Shown: positions 47,236 to 60,211 of the stretch, in pieces
Layout of the letters: every line of letters begins with the position of its first letter
Position numbering within the stretch: position 1 is the stretch's first letter
Assembly: GCF_006345805.1 (NCBI RefSeq)
Contig: NC_043014.1
Coordinates: 6,696,001-6,760,000 of the forward strand
Source: Octopus sinensis
Lineage: Eukaryota
Direction: 5' to 3'
Length of the DNA: 64,000 nt
Notes under the pieces: generated by a model
The model's input: only the letters and a program-made list of their open reading frames with translations
What the model was told of the DNA's origin: nothing
Databases searched by the model: none
Made by a program: the position numbers and the translations under genes

Positions 47236-48542
47236 TACTTAGATGGTTGTGTAAACTAACAACTGGGAGAAGCATTTTGTATTTTGCTTGGTGTGAATGG
47301 TCAGTCAACACTGACCACTGGGGATAAATTTAATGTGTGAAACGGTCAATGGATCAAATCTGACTACACTTTGACCCATGGAGAATATTCCTGTATTAAA
47401 GGAGGGGACAAAGGTTAGACCACTGAGGGACACGCCATGAGTGGAGTGGTCAGTGGCTTGAGAAAAATCCTGACTTTTGGGGAGATATCTTTTAAAGGGG
47501 AAAATGGTCAAATGGTAAGTGGTTTGATTGACTTCTGACCAATTAAAGATAACATTTGTTAAAGCGAGATTGTCAGTGACAAAAGTTCATTTGAAGATTT
47601 TATACACACACATATATCTGTATCTATAGATAAATATATATTTTTATAAACATTTTACAAATATAGTCATAAGTATTTCATAAATGTGTGTAAGTATACT
47701 GTGCATATGTATGTATGTTTGGCTATAGAACATATATATATGTATGTATATATATGGCTGTGTGGTTAGGGAGCTTGCTTCCTAGCTACATGGTTTCGGG
47801 TTCAGTCCCACTGCATGGCAGTTTGGGTAGGTGTCTTCCACTATAGCCCCGAGCCGACCGGAGCTTTGTGATTGAATTCGGTAGGTGGAAGTTACTGCCG
47901 TGTGTGTATGTGTGCGTATAGCTGCTCAGTGCCTCTCCGAAAGAGAGAGAGAGAGGGGATATATATATATATATATATAATCATATCGTTAGACCACTGG
48001 AAATGTAAATTTTGATTGAATATTTTAAATTTAATTAAATTCCATTTCCCTTTTGATATGATTAAACATTATAACTTTTTGGATAATTTTCGGTTAAAGT
48101 TGGTGGTTTATTGTAGCCAACGGTAGGACTGCGAATGCGCAGAAAAATTTGAAAAGTTACTTAGTATAAACAGGAGACAGGTAGCGGTGCTTGTCTTCTG
48201 TCTTATATATTTTAACCCTAGGTTGGACCTCGCCGAAGAAGATCAGACCTTGCGAGTTCCCCCCGACTTGCTAAAAGAAGATCAGAAACCAATTTGGTCC
48301 GAGGTATTAAATGGTAAATGTTTTTCATTTCCAAATTTATTCCTGTTGAATTTTATCCGTTATTTTTGTGGTTCTCTAATGTGTTGAATCTCACCCTAAG
48401 TGTGGATTCCTTATGTGTATAAATATGCACTATATCGTGTGTGTATATATATATATAACGGCGGTGCATCAGCATGGCCGCGGCTTTGAGCTGAAACTAG
48501 AAAAAATAGTATATATATATATATAATATATATATATAATAT

Positions 48543-48588
<46 letters not shown>

Positions 48589-48600
48589 ATATATATATTA

Positions 48601-48850
48601 TAAGTAATTAAGGGTTTAGCAACGAATTGCCTCACCAACGCACCGAATTTAGAAATAGCAGTCAAAGAGATATAGCTATTCCTTCTACTAAAAGGGAGAT
48701 CTCAGTAAAAACACAGCACTTGAAAGGCAAGTGCTGTGTTTTTACTGAGACCCCCCCTTTTAGTAGAAGGAATAGCTATATCTCTTTGACTGCTATTTCT
48801 AAATTCGGTGTGTTGGTGAGGCAATTCGTTGCTAAACCCTTAATTACTTA
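48601..48850. repeat. Near-perfect 250-bp palindrome (foldback/MITE)
   Basis: Arms 48601-48722 and 48728-48850; loop AAAGG. Confidence 0.9.
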
Positions 48851-48951
48851 GTATTACTTAAATTTTCCTCGAATGAGGCTTTTACATGCCGAAATCTACT
48901 TGGTGTAATTGATAATTATTCCAAATTAATTAATTTCACCCTTTATTGCTA

Positions 48952-48993
<42 letters not shown>

Positions 48994-49091
48994 CACACAC
49001 ACAAATTGTACAGTATATTATATATACACTCTCACAAATTGTACAGTATATTATACACACACAAACACACACACATATTTTACAGTATATA

Positions 49092-49199
49092 TTTATCGAG
49101 TTAGAAAACAGAGATCTAACGGATACAATTTAATTTATATGTTGATTAATTAATAAATTAATTTGTATCCGTTAGATTTCTGTTTTCTAACTCAATAAA
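49092..49199. repeat. Inverted repeat, ~47-bp arms
   Basis: TTTATCGAGTTAGAAAACAGAGATCTAACGGATACAA and its reverse complement. Confidence 0.8.
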
Positions 49200-50567
49200 A
49201 AAGTTTGACATTTCACAATATTCTATATTTTATATCCATTGAAGAATTATCTAAGCATTTCGCCCGGCGTGCTAACGTTTCTGCCAGCTTTCGCCGCCTT
49301 GGAGAAGAAAGTATTCCAACAGTGGCAACCACTCTGAAGATTTATACAGCAGTGATGAAACTCGGTCACTGCTAGCCTTGAATCTTTGTAGAATAGATAA
49401 ACAGCGGTGGTGCCCCAGCATGGCCGCGGCCTTCGGCCTAAAACATTTTTAAAGATTTAAGGATTTAGGACGTTGTTCAACCAGTGAGTGAAAAGGGGTC
49501 AGTTAGTGGATTTAAGGATGTTTGGGTCAATAAAGGAGATCGTTCACAAGGGAACTAGCTAGGGGTGTGGCAACCTTCTATTGGCCAGAGTGTGATAGAT
49601 ATACAGGTGGGAGATGGACACTGGTCTTCACAACTTCTGACCCGACATGGAGCAAATGTTATACACTGGTCACTCGACTACTACTGCTGCTACTACTACT
49701 ATTTCTGTGACGCTCAGGATGCAGCTGGCCACCACTGCAAAACCATTTATTTTGCACGCAGACTTTTGGCAACTGGGAACAGAGAGATTATTATTATTAT
49801 TATTATTATTATTACATGTTTGTCTTTATCTTATATTAAACTTTTAATACTTTTTGATAATTATATTATTTTTAAAAAAAAATAATAAAATATATATATA
49901 TATATATTTAAAATTTATAAGTTTAAATTATTAATTTAAATAATTTTAATTTTAACTTTAATTTAAATATTTTAATTTGGAATTTTATATTTTTTATATA
50001 TTTTTTTAATTAATTTTATTTCTATGTTTTGGCTTATGATTTTCACTGATTTGCCTAATAGTGGTTTTATCTCTAATATGTGTGTGTGTGTGTGTGTGTG
50101 TGTGAAGAAATTATTGTTATTAGTATTATTCAAATTTTGTCTTTAATCATTGCATGTTTTGTGCTGCAAAATGGAGAAACATCTTCGATAGTCAAAATTA
50201 TTATTTTTTTCTTTTTTGTTCCTGATATTGAAGAAAGTGTAGTGGGTGGGTGGGCGGAGGAGGTGAGAAATAATGTAGGGGTGGAGCGGAGTGACATTTT
50301 ACGAAAAGTTTTGGCTTACCTGTAGAATGTGGGGTTGGGGTGAGGTTAGTGAGTCTGCGGGGGAGGAGAGGGGGGCCCGGAGGCAAACGCATGGCACAAC
50401 GACCACCAATGCCACCATGGCCACTCCTACTTACTACTCCGAAGTGTTGGGCGTGAGTGGAAAAATGAAGGTTAAGTGAGAACAACAAGCGGTAGACAAC
50501 CTCGCAAAGAAAGAAAAAAAGGTGGTGGGGAGGAAGAGGAGGTGGGGGGTTCGGTTCTCGACCGGTC

Positions 50568-50669
50568 CTAGTCGAAAACTGATTTAGATGCTTTCTCGAT
50601 GAAGGTCGCCAGACGAATGTCTCGATGAGACAGACCATTGAATTCATGAGTGCTCAGTTTGATTTGAAC
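50568..50669 (-). CDS. PCBD: PCBD coding exon 4 (102 nt incl. TAG)
   Basis: TTCCAG acceptor; VQIKLSTHEFNGLSHRDIRLATFIEKASKSVFD*. Confidence 0.93.
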   Translation of the reverse strand, partial: VQIKLSTHEFNGLSHRDIRLATFIEKASKSVFD

Positions 50670-52018
50670 CTGGAATCCAGAAATAAAGCATAATTATAAT
50701 TTCAAAAACAATTGTAAAATTACGACAGTAAAACAAGATTTCAAAATTTTCCACAAAGACAGAAGCATGGCTGTGTGGTAAGAAGCTTGCTTCCCAACCA
50801 CATGGTTTCAGGTTCAGTCCCGCTGTGTGGCACCTTGGGCCAACCAAAGCCTTGTGAGTGTATGCACATACATACATGCAAATATGGAGGTCACTGATAT
50901 AAAACAAGGCAGCGAGCTGGTAGAAACGTTAGCACACCGGGCGAAATTCGTAGCAGTATTTCGTCTGTCGTTACGTTCCGAGTTCAAATTCCGCCGAGGT
51001 CGACTTTGCCTTTCATCCTTTCGGGGTCGATAAATAAAAAGTACCAGTTGCGCACTGGGGCCGATGTAATCAACTTAATCCCTTTGTCTGTCCTTGTTTG
51101 TCCCCTCTGTGTTTAGCCCCTTGTGGGTAGTAAAGAAATAGATATAAAACTAGATATGCAGGGAATGACATTGGACATTTTGGGAATCTTTTGCACACAC
51201 CTGAGATCATGGTATTCCAACATTCCTCAGCCTGTGACCCCTATTGTCGTTAGATATCCTGCCTTGAATTGTCCCAAGATCATGTCAATAGGGTGAAATA
51301 AGTCCTGGGGTCGATTTCTTCGACCCCAGGACTTAGTCTTTTTAGCCTTAGTGGTTTGGCAAGAGAGACCGATAGAATAAGTACTAAGTTATGGGGACAG
51401 AGGAACAAACAAAGACACAAAGACACACACACATAAACATATATATAGGGTAAAGACCCCCTTTGGTCATGAATAACCATGGGATTGCACCTAGAAAGTT
51501 CCCCTCCAAGACACTAATCTGGGTAAGGTTTATAGAAGACCAGTATTTGCCGATGCCCACCAGCCTTCCCTTACCACGCCTCTGATGTTATCCAAGACAA
51601 AGGGACCGATACAGCTTGGCACCTGTGACGCCGCAGCTCACTTCTACAGCTGAGTAAATTGGAGCAACGTGAAATAAAGTGTCTTGCTCAAGAACACAAC
51701 ACGCAGCCCGGTCCAGGATTCAAACTCACAACCTCACGATTATAGGCTCCAGGCAAGGTTGTTTATGGAAGACCAGCTGTCGCCCATGCATACCAGATTC
51801 CCCTCTCCACGCCACTGATGTTATCCAAGGGAAAGGCAAAGGGGCCGATACAGCTTGGCACCCATGACGTCGCAACTCATTTCTACAGCTGAGTGCACTG
51901 GAGCAACGTGAAATAAAGTGTCTTGCTCAAGAACACAACACGCAGCCCAGCCTGGGAATCAAACTCATATTTCATGATTGTGAGAGAGAGACAGACAACA
52001 ACAGGCAGAGATACTTAC

Positions 52019-52099
52019 TTTATTATAGACATTAAACCACTCTGGGTGATGATCCATCTTATCAGCCATTAGAGCAATTCTGGTCATGAAACCGAAACA
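52019..52099 (-). CDS. PCBD: PCBD coding exon 3 (81 nt; catalytic HHPEW)
   Basis: CTTCTACAG acceptor; [27 protein letters not shown]; GTAAGT donor. Confidence 0.95.
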
Positions 52100-52789
52100 C
52101 TGTAGAAGAGGAACCAGAAAGGAAGGCATTGTGATTAAAACAGCTCAAACAAACTCACCAACCAACGTCATCCCTTTGACATTTAACCCTTTCATTACCA
52201 AACCGCCCAAAACCACCCGAAAAAAATTTTGGTTAATGTGACCAAACCGCCCAAATTTACCTATTCATATTTAAATGAGAATATCAGAGCAAATCTCTTT
52301 AGTACATTCGTGAAAACACGTGATTATACTTCGTAACAGTCATCTACAGTTTTGTACATGATTGACGTGTAATTTTAATTCCCTGAATTTTGGAGATTTT
52401 TTCCACATTTTTTTCGACATCGATTTTTCTTCAACTTTGAATGGATTGGAGTTTCATGTTATCAAGCATTGATTCCGAATTGGAAAATTTGTGAAGCAAA
52501 TACTGGGTACTGTTGTGGATTTAGTTTTTATACAGGGAAACTAATGTTAGTCAGCATGGCTTAGGGTATGATGTGGTCTGGAAGTTATTGTTTGAAGCGA
52601 TCAATGCGGTCAGAAATATAGTAACGAAAGGGTTAAACCAACCAAATCCAATCCAAATATTCTACCTGTTTTATTATGTTCAAAACAGCCAGAAACCAGC
52701 CCCTCACATGTCCCCTGCTACACCATTCTGAAAATAAATAATCACTTTATTGAAGCCTAAAAGCACTGAGATAATGTATGATTAATTCT

Positions 52790-53335
52790 CTACACTCTTG
52801 GAGTGGTTGGCATTAGGAAGGGCATCCAGCTGTAGAAACTCTGCCAGATTAAGACTGGAGCCTGGTGCAGCCATCTGGTTCACCAGCCCTCGGTCAAATC
52901 GTCCAACCCATGCTAGCATGGAAAGCGGACGTTAAACGATGATGATGATGATGAATTCAAAACAATGTAAATAAATAAGCATTCATCATCATCATTTAGT
53001 GTCTGCTTTCTATGCTAGCATGGGTTGGACAGTTCAACTGGGGTCTGGGAAGCCAGGGGCTGCACCAGGCTCCAGTCTGATCTGGCAAGGTTTCTACAGC
53101 TGGATGCCCTAACTAACGCCAACCACTCCATGAGTGTAGTGGGTGCTTTCTATGTGCCAGGCGGGGCTGGCAAACGTCCACGATCGGATGGTGCTTTTTA
53201 CATACCACTGGCACAGAGGCCAGACGAGGCTGGCAATGGCCACAATCGGATGGAGCTTTTTACGTGACACCGGCACCGAGGCCAGTCGAGGCCGCGCTGG
53301 CAACAGCCACAGTCAGATGGTGTTTTTTACGTGTC
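52790..53335. repeat. Tail-to-tail pair of RTE 3' ends in PCBD intron 2
   Basis: 52790-52953 (+, GAT tail) and 52982-53335 (-, CAT start). Confidence 0.8.
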
Positions 53336-53530
53336 CTCATCTTGTTTCTCAATTCTTGGAATTTCTGAAGAACTGTCTTTGCAATTTGTAGGTGGATATT
53401 GTGATTAGGGGGGACATAACCCCTTTCAGCTGCGAGTTCCTGACATTATCTTTTCTGTCAAGGCTATTTCTCTGAGATATATGAAAAAAATGTATCCGTT
53501 GTAAGGAAAAGCAGACAGAATATGAATTAC

Positions 53531-53665
53531 CTGGTTGAAGTTCTTGAAAACGAATTCCTTGTAGATGGCATCTCTTCCTTTTACAATGGTCCATCCTTCT
53601 TTCATCAAAGGGGCAAGGACATCATCTCTTTCCTCACTGGTCAGTTTTGATGTTTTCTCAGCTGC
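53531..53665 (-). CDS. PCBD: PCBD coding exon 2 (135 nt)
   Basis: TTTTTACAG acceptor; AAEKTSKLTSEERDDVLAPLMKEGWTIVKGRDAIYKEFVFKNFNQ; GTAATT donor. Confidence 0.95.
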
Positions 53666-54487
53666 CTGTAAAAATAAATAAATAAAAATTTGTTTTAAAA
53701 TTTACAAAAAAAAAAAAAACCCCAAGATTTCACAGATTGAAATAAAAATGAAATGGAAAACAATGGCAGAAGAGAAAAATGATTTGCTTGGTTCATATAT
53801 TTATATTCCAGGTACAGGTGTAGTAGTGGCGTGGTTAAGAAGTACACTTCCCAACAATATGGTACCGAGTTCAGTCCCATGGCATGGCACCTGGGTCAAG
53901 TGTTTTCTACTACAGCCCCAGATCAACCACAGCATTGTGAGTGGATTTGGTAAATGGAAACTGAAAGAATCCCGTTGTCTGTGTGGGATGACATCAGCAG
54001 CTGGGGAGCTGACCGGAAAGGGCAGTCGTGATGCGTGCGCAGCAAGCGGGGAATTCTGCCTTTTCGAGTCAGGTCATCGAGGGGCTAAGACGGGTCATCA
54101 CGTTGTTATGGTTGGGTGAAGCAGCTGCTATCTCTAGCGTTTGGGTCAGGCTGTGTTGAAGGATCCGTTACCGCTGAAGGGTCTCCATCTGAGCAAGAGA
54201 AGGTGGGTGCCTTTATTTCGAATCTCCCACATACACCACAGTCTGTGCATGTGTTTCTTTGGGCCTCTTTGTCTTGACATAACACATTAGTTGTAAACGA
54301 GTGTCACCGTCATACAAGTGGTGTGGTTTGTTTCCAATCTTGTGTGGAAACATGTCAAGCCATGAGTAAAAAAATACCTTGCTTATTGGGAACAGGTGAG
54401 AGTTGGCAACAGAAATGGCATTAGGCCATGGAAAAAAATCAAATCTGCCTCAGTGAATTCCATTTGACTCATGGAAACAGAAAGATA

Positions 54488-55705
54488 AGGCGGCGAGCTG
54501 GCAGAAACGTTAGCACGCCGGGCGAAATGCTTAGAGGTATTTCGTCTGCCATTACGTTCTGAGTTCAAATTCCGCCGAGGTCGACTTTGCCTTTCATCGT
54601 TTCGGGGTCGATAAATTAAGTACCAGTTACACACTGGGGTCAATGTAATTGACTTAATCCCTTGTTTGTCCCCTCTATGTTTAGCCCCTTGTGGGCAATA
54701 AAGAAATAAGAAACGTTAGCACGCTGGGCGGTATTTTCGTCTGCCTTACATTTTGAGTTCAGAATCTGCCGAGGTCGACTTTGCCTTTCATCCTTCCGGG
54801 GTCGATTAAATAAGTACCAGTTACGCACTGGGGTCGATGTAATTGACTTAATCCTTTTGTCTGTCCTTGTTTGTCCCCTCTGTGTGTAGCCCCTTGTGGG
54901 CAATAAAGAAATAGGAAACATAAAAATGTGGGCATTAAAACGAGGTATATGACCAGGGGTGCGGTATTCTTTCTTCTTACTAACAATACTGGAGAACACC
55001 AAGTACAACCAACCTATTTCTTTACTACCCACAAGGGGCTAAACACAGAGGGGACAAACAAGGACAGACACACGGATTTGACATCGGCAGAATTTGAACT
55101 CAGAACATAACGGCAGACGAAATATGGCTACATATTTTGCCTGGTGTGCTAACATTTCTACCATCACTTTGCAGCATAAGTATAACACACACACACACAC
55201 ACACACAAGATAAAAAGTTAGTAGCCGGTACATCCGACATGCACCTAATATTTGGTGGACAGACAGCAACAATACAACAACAACAGGGTATAAAAATGCA
55301 TGAGATCCATAGATCCAGTAAGGATTATACCTATTTCTTTACTACCCACCAGGGGCTAAACACAGAGAGGACAAACAAGGACAAACAAACGGATTAAGTC
55401 GATTATATCGACTCCCAGTGCGTAACTGGTACAGATTTAATCGACCCCAAAAGGATGAAAGGCAAAGTCGACCTCGGCGGAGTTTGAACTCAGAACGTAA
55501 CGGCAGACAAAATACCTATTTCTTTACAAACGGATTAAGTCAATTATATCAACCCCAGTACGTAACTGGTACTTAATTTATCGACCCCGAAAGGATGAAA
55601 GGCAAAGTCGACCTCGGCGGAATTTGAACTCAGAAGGTAGTGGCAGACGAAATACAGCTAAGCATTTTGCCCGGCGCGCTAACGATTCTGCCAGCTCGAC
55701 GCCTT
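54488..55705. repeat. SINE family B multimers in opposite orientations
   Basis: Approx. 54488-54905 (+) and 55010-55705 (-). Confidence 0.75.
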
Positions 55706-56505
55706 GGTAAGGATTATACCAGTAATGTCCGAGCCCCACAATGCCCAATGTGTCCCCACATGCTGTACAGCAGGTACCCATAAAATGAAACAAAAATACT
55801 CAAAATGAAATTTTACCTGGGCATTTCGAGGACTAAAACCCGCTGATGTGCAAGCCCCAACCCTCAGTTCTTGCCTTTTTATGTCTCATCATCTTCAACC
55901 CTTTAAGCATTTAAACCAGTCATATCTGGCCAAAATATTCTCCTTTTTTTATGTTCCTAATAGCAACCCTGTAATATTCATCATCATCATCATTTAACGT
56001 CCGCTTTACTATGGGTTGGACGATTTGACTGAGGACTGGCAAACCAGATGGCTGCACCAGGCTCCAGTCTTGATCTGGCAGAGTTTCTACAGCTGGATGC
56101 CCTTCCTAACGCCAACCACTCCCACTCCAAGAGTGGTAGTGGGTGCTTTTAAAGTGCCACCGGCACAAGGGCCAGTCTGGCAACTGCCACCCTCAAAAAC
56201 GGTGTTTTTTACGTGCCACCTGCACAGGAGTCAGTCCAGCAATCATGTGACTGACCAGGCTATTAGATGTTGTTACACGTCACTGATCACAATGCACTTT
56301 AGCCTTCGATTGATGCGAGTCTGCTGGCTAGGTGAGCAAGCCAACATTCCCTGCCTTGATTGAAAGTGGAGACTGGAGTAACGCGAAATGAAGTGTTTTG
56401 ATCAAGAATCCAACATGCTGCCCACTCAGGAATTGAACCCACGATCTAGTGATTGCATGTGCAACAGCTTAACCACTAGGCCATGTGCCTTCACCAAACT
56501 AAGAT

Positions 56506-56670
56506 AACGAGATGGTGAAGATGCCGACGACCGCTCGGTTCAAAGTCTCCCTTGACCTCAAGTGGCCTGAACTCTTTACATGAACACCACCCTGTACATA
56601 ACTCCATGTCCCCCTACATGGCCTTGCTTTTGCTTTTTGAGCCAAAAAATTAACTAACTAACTAACTAAC
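56506..56670 (+). mobile_element. Short 5'-truncated CR1 3' end with (TAAC)n tail
   Basis: Near-identical to 8020-8161. Confidence 0.85.
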
Positions 56671-57876
56671 TTGGCAGTTGAAAGGTAAGCGATTTGAACC
56701 ACCAACCCCTCAGTTAAATGTTGATAGATTTACCCCACCACACTGCAAACTAAAGACAACGCCATCCCAAACACACTCCGCCGACAATTAACCTAGATTT
56801 TTAAGTGAAAAAAATGTTTTATTTACTTGACGTATTTAATTAAGAGTTAATATATCAACATTCCACCACTAAGACAACAACCGACAACAAACAATCTTAA
56901 CCCTAAACACACAAACCTTACATCTTTAAGACAACCAGTAACATAGACTTATCTTCTTTCTCCTTTACTTGTTTCAGTCATTAGACTGTGTGGCCATGCT
57001 GGGGCCTCCGTTATGGTACTTGTATCGTACCTATATGTATATATATATATTATACACACATGCACATATTAAATTAATTCCCGTAACTGAGCAGTTTGGC
57101 AAAAGACACTGATAGAATAAGTACTAGGTTTAAAAAGAAATAAGTAATTTATTCAACTAAAAATTCTAAAAGCCGGTGCCCCAGCATGGCCACAGTCTAA
57201 TGATAAACACACATAAAACATACACACATATACTTGCACATATACGTAATATATGTATGTATGTATTAACATCCAAGTGTTAATAGAAATTCACGTGCAA
57301 GTGGTTGAGCACTCCACAGACACATGTACCCTTAACGTAGTTTTCAGGGAGATACAGTGTGACAAGGGTAGCCTTTTTGAATTACGGGTGCAACTCATTT
57401 TCACCAGCTGAGTGGACTGGAGCAACGGGAAACAGAGTGTCTTGCTCAAGGATATAACACACCATGTGGAGGCGCAATGGCCCAGTGGTTAGGGTAGCGG
57501 TTTCGATTCCAAGACCGGACGTTGTGAGTGCTTATTGAGCGAAAACACCTAAAGTTCTACGAAGCTCCGGTAGAGGGTGGTGGCGAACCCTGCTCTACTC
57601 TTTCACCAAAACTTTCTCTCACTCTATCTTCCTGTTTCTGTTGTACCTGTATTTCAAAGGGCCAGTCTTGTCACACTCTCCCCAAGAAATACGTTAAGGG
57701 TACACGAGCAGGTTGTTCCGTTGATCGGATTAGCAGGAACCCTCGTCGTCACAACCGACCGAGTGCCAATATATATATATATACATATAGTGAAAGTAAA
57801 GAATACGCACACCAACCGTTTTCGGCGTAACAAAAACCCAAACCCTTAAAAAGCGGGTGTATATTCTTGAGTTTCG

Positions 57877-57948
<72 letters not shown>

Positions 57949-58229
57949 CATACATACATAACATATATATATATAAACAAGGTATTAATCGACCTGAGAC
58001 TATTGTAGGAAATGCTTCAAGTGCTCCAGTTTGGCCTCAGTCTAGCTCAACGCGTGAGAAAGAATTTAAAAGAGCAGTTGTGAAAAAGACAACAAAAAAC
58101 CCCAAAAAAACAACTCGTAAAAAAATTAAATCAATAAAAAATAAAAATAAAAAAAAAAACCGTTTAAACACGGATTGTGTGAGAAGTGAATAATCGAAGA
58201 ACAAAAGTGAATGGTTATTTTGGACATAC

Positions 58230-58232
58230 CAT
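58230..58232 (-). CDS. PCBD: PCBD coding exon 1 (ATG only). Joined CDS is 321 nt = 106 aa pterin-4a-carbinolamine dehydratase/DCoH
   Basis: Minus strand GAAAAATG|GTATGT; phase 0 fits exon 2; in-frame TAA upstream at ~58314-58316 with no earlier ATG. An ATG-only first exon is as recalled for human PCBD1. Confidence 0.7.
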
Positions 58233-58299
58233 TTTTCTGGTTGGAGACAAAAAGGGAGAGAGAATACAGAGATTTGATTTGAGTTTGTGCAAACAAAAC

Positions 58300-58440
58300 G
58301 GGCACCGGAGTAATTATGTGTCACACAGCCTGGCCTAGGTCTAGCGATTGTGTTTTATTGCGCGAAGCGACAAGTTTCTATCCGTCCCCCCTCTCTCTCT
58401 CTCCTTGGCCTTGTCACTGCGAATGCGGGCCTGTGAAACA
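58300..58440 (-). promoter_or_regulatory. Probable PCBD promoter
   Basis: Unique CpG-containing sequence upstream of exon 1; NRF1-like ACTGCGAATGCG at 58416-58427. Confidence 0.45.
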
Positions 58441-58636
58441 TGTATACATACATATATACACACACATATAAATATGTATATAGACACACATAACAGGTGG
58501 GGGAAGGAACGAAGCATTCGTTGGTGGTTGGCGGGTAAAAATATCTGCCTTGGTGACGGTGGTTATATGCAAGTAAGAGATAACAGGAATGGTAGGCGAG
58601 GGAGAAAGCCTAGCCAACCAGTTTTTCTCACATGTA

Positions 58637-58678
<42 letters not shown>

Positions 58679-58735
58679 CTATATATACAGCCTTGGTTTT
58701 TTATCTCATTACGCAAAAAATTCTTTTATATATAT

Positions 58736-59240
58736 ACTAGCGGTATCGCCCGGCGTTGCTCGGGTTTGTAAGGGGAAATAACTATAAAGCATTTCTAGAG
58801 AGTTATAGCCAAATAAATAGCAAAAAAATGCATTAAAAATGGAAATAAAAATTATGGTAAATTTTTTCTTAAATCGTTGACTCATCGTAGACATTTTTAG
58901 AGAGTTACTTCCCTTATATAATAGCGAAAAAATGCATTAAAATGGAAAAAAAAATGATGGTAAATTATTTTTAAAATCGTTGACTCATCGTAGACATTTT
59001 TAGAGAGTTACTTCCCTTATATAATAGCGAAAAAATGCATTAAAATGGAAAAAAAAAACGGTAAATTATTTTTAAAATCGTAGACTCATCGTAGACGCGC
59101 GCTAATACCCAGAAGGGCTCGATATAAATCACGACTATAAGATACCTGGTTTTAGTTAAACTGCACCGCAAAATGTGGGAGTAGTTAGGAATCTAAATCG
59201 TAGGAGACAGACACACAACTTGACTTTTATATATAAAGAT
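58736..59240 (+). mobile_element. Helentron/DINE-like non-autonomous element with ~105-bp internal tandem repeats
   Basis: Starts ACTAG followed by a CCCGG...CGGG stem; ends TTTTATATATAAAGAT; about 3 internal copies of GACTCATCGTAGAC-containing units. Confidence 0.65.
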
Positions 59241-59268
59241 ATATATATATATAAAGGATTATATATAT

Positions 59269-59662
59269 ACTCTTTTACATGTTTCAGTCATTTGACTGCG
59301 GCCATGCTGGAGCACTGCCCTTTAGTCGAGCAAATCGACCCCAGGACTTATTCTTTGGAAACCTAGTACTTATTCTATCGGTCTCTTTTGCCGAACCGCT
59401 AAGTTACGGGGACATAAACACACCAGCATCGGTTGTCAAGTGATGTTGGGGGAACAAACATAGACACACAAACGTATACACACACACACACATATATATA
59501 TACATACATACGGCAGGCTTGTTTCAGTTTCCATCTACCACAAGGCTTTGGTCAGCCTGAGGCTATAGTAGAAGATACTTGCCCAAGGTGCCACGCAGTG
59601 GGACTGAACCCAGAACCATGTGGTTGGTAAGCAAGCTACTTACCACACAGCCACTCCTACGC
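59269..59662 (-). mobile_element. SINE family A
   Basis: Reverse-complement near-full copy. Confidence 0.8.
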
Positions 59663-59865
59663 ATATACATATATGTGAATTCTTTTCTTTTATTCTGTTC
59701 TGTCAGTCATTTGACTGTGGCCATGCTGGAGGGTTTTCGTTGAACAAATTTATACCAGAACTTATTTTTTAAGTCTAGTACTGATTTTATCGGTCTCTTG
59801 CCGAAGCGCTAAGTTACAGGACGTAAACACACAAACACCAGTTGTCAGGCAGTGGGCACAAACAC

Positions 59866-59936
<71 letters not shown>

Positions 59937-60177
59937 GGTCCCGGGTTGATTCGGGGTTAACCACAGTAAATAAGGTACTCAATACATAGCAGAGTAAAAT
60001 TAATTTATTATATAGAAGGAGCTTCTACAGGACTAGAACTGTTTCATTCAAGAGATATATATATATATATATATGATGGGCTTCTTTCAGTTTCCATCTA
60101 CCAAATCCACTCACAAGGTTTTGGTCGGTGTGAGGCTATAGTAGAAGACACTTACCCAGGATACCAGTCATATACCA

Positions 60178-60211
<34 letters not shown>

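Noticed and set aside
46769-47327. Y/I-rich ORFs (also 15414-15746, 57867-58193)
   Set aside because: (TA)n/(TG)n microsatellite read-through.
47305-47511. STHGVSLSGL as a PCBD exon-4 duplicate
   Set aside because: Only a superficial match; the true exon 4 is at 50568-50669 and the rest of this ORF does not align.
53349-53475. Possible alternative PCBD exon just downstream of exon 2
   Set aside because: An AG is present, but frames hit stops or give no PCBD-like sequence, and there is no convincing donor.
8654-58232. MTERF4-NIT2-PCBD as a functional gene cluster
   Set aside because: Unrelated pathways (mitoribosome assembly, glutamine-transamination product hydrolysis, BH4 recycling), separated by long repeat tracts, with no shared regulatory evidence in the sequence.
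58233-58316. N-terminal mitochondrial presequence for PCBD (PCBD2-like)
   Set aside because: The frame upstream of the exon-1 ATG has no ATG before an in-frame TAA; an alternative first exon elsewhere cannot be excluded.
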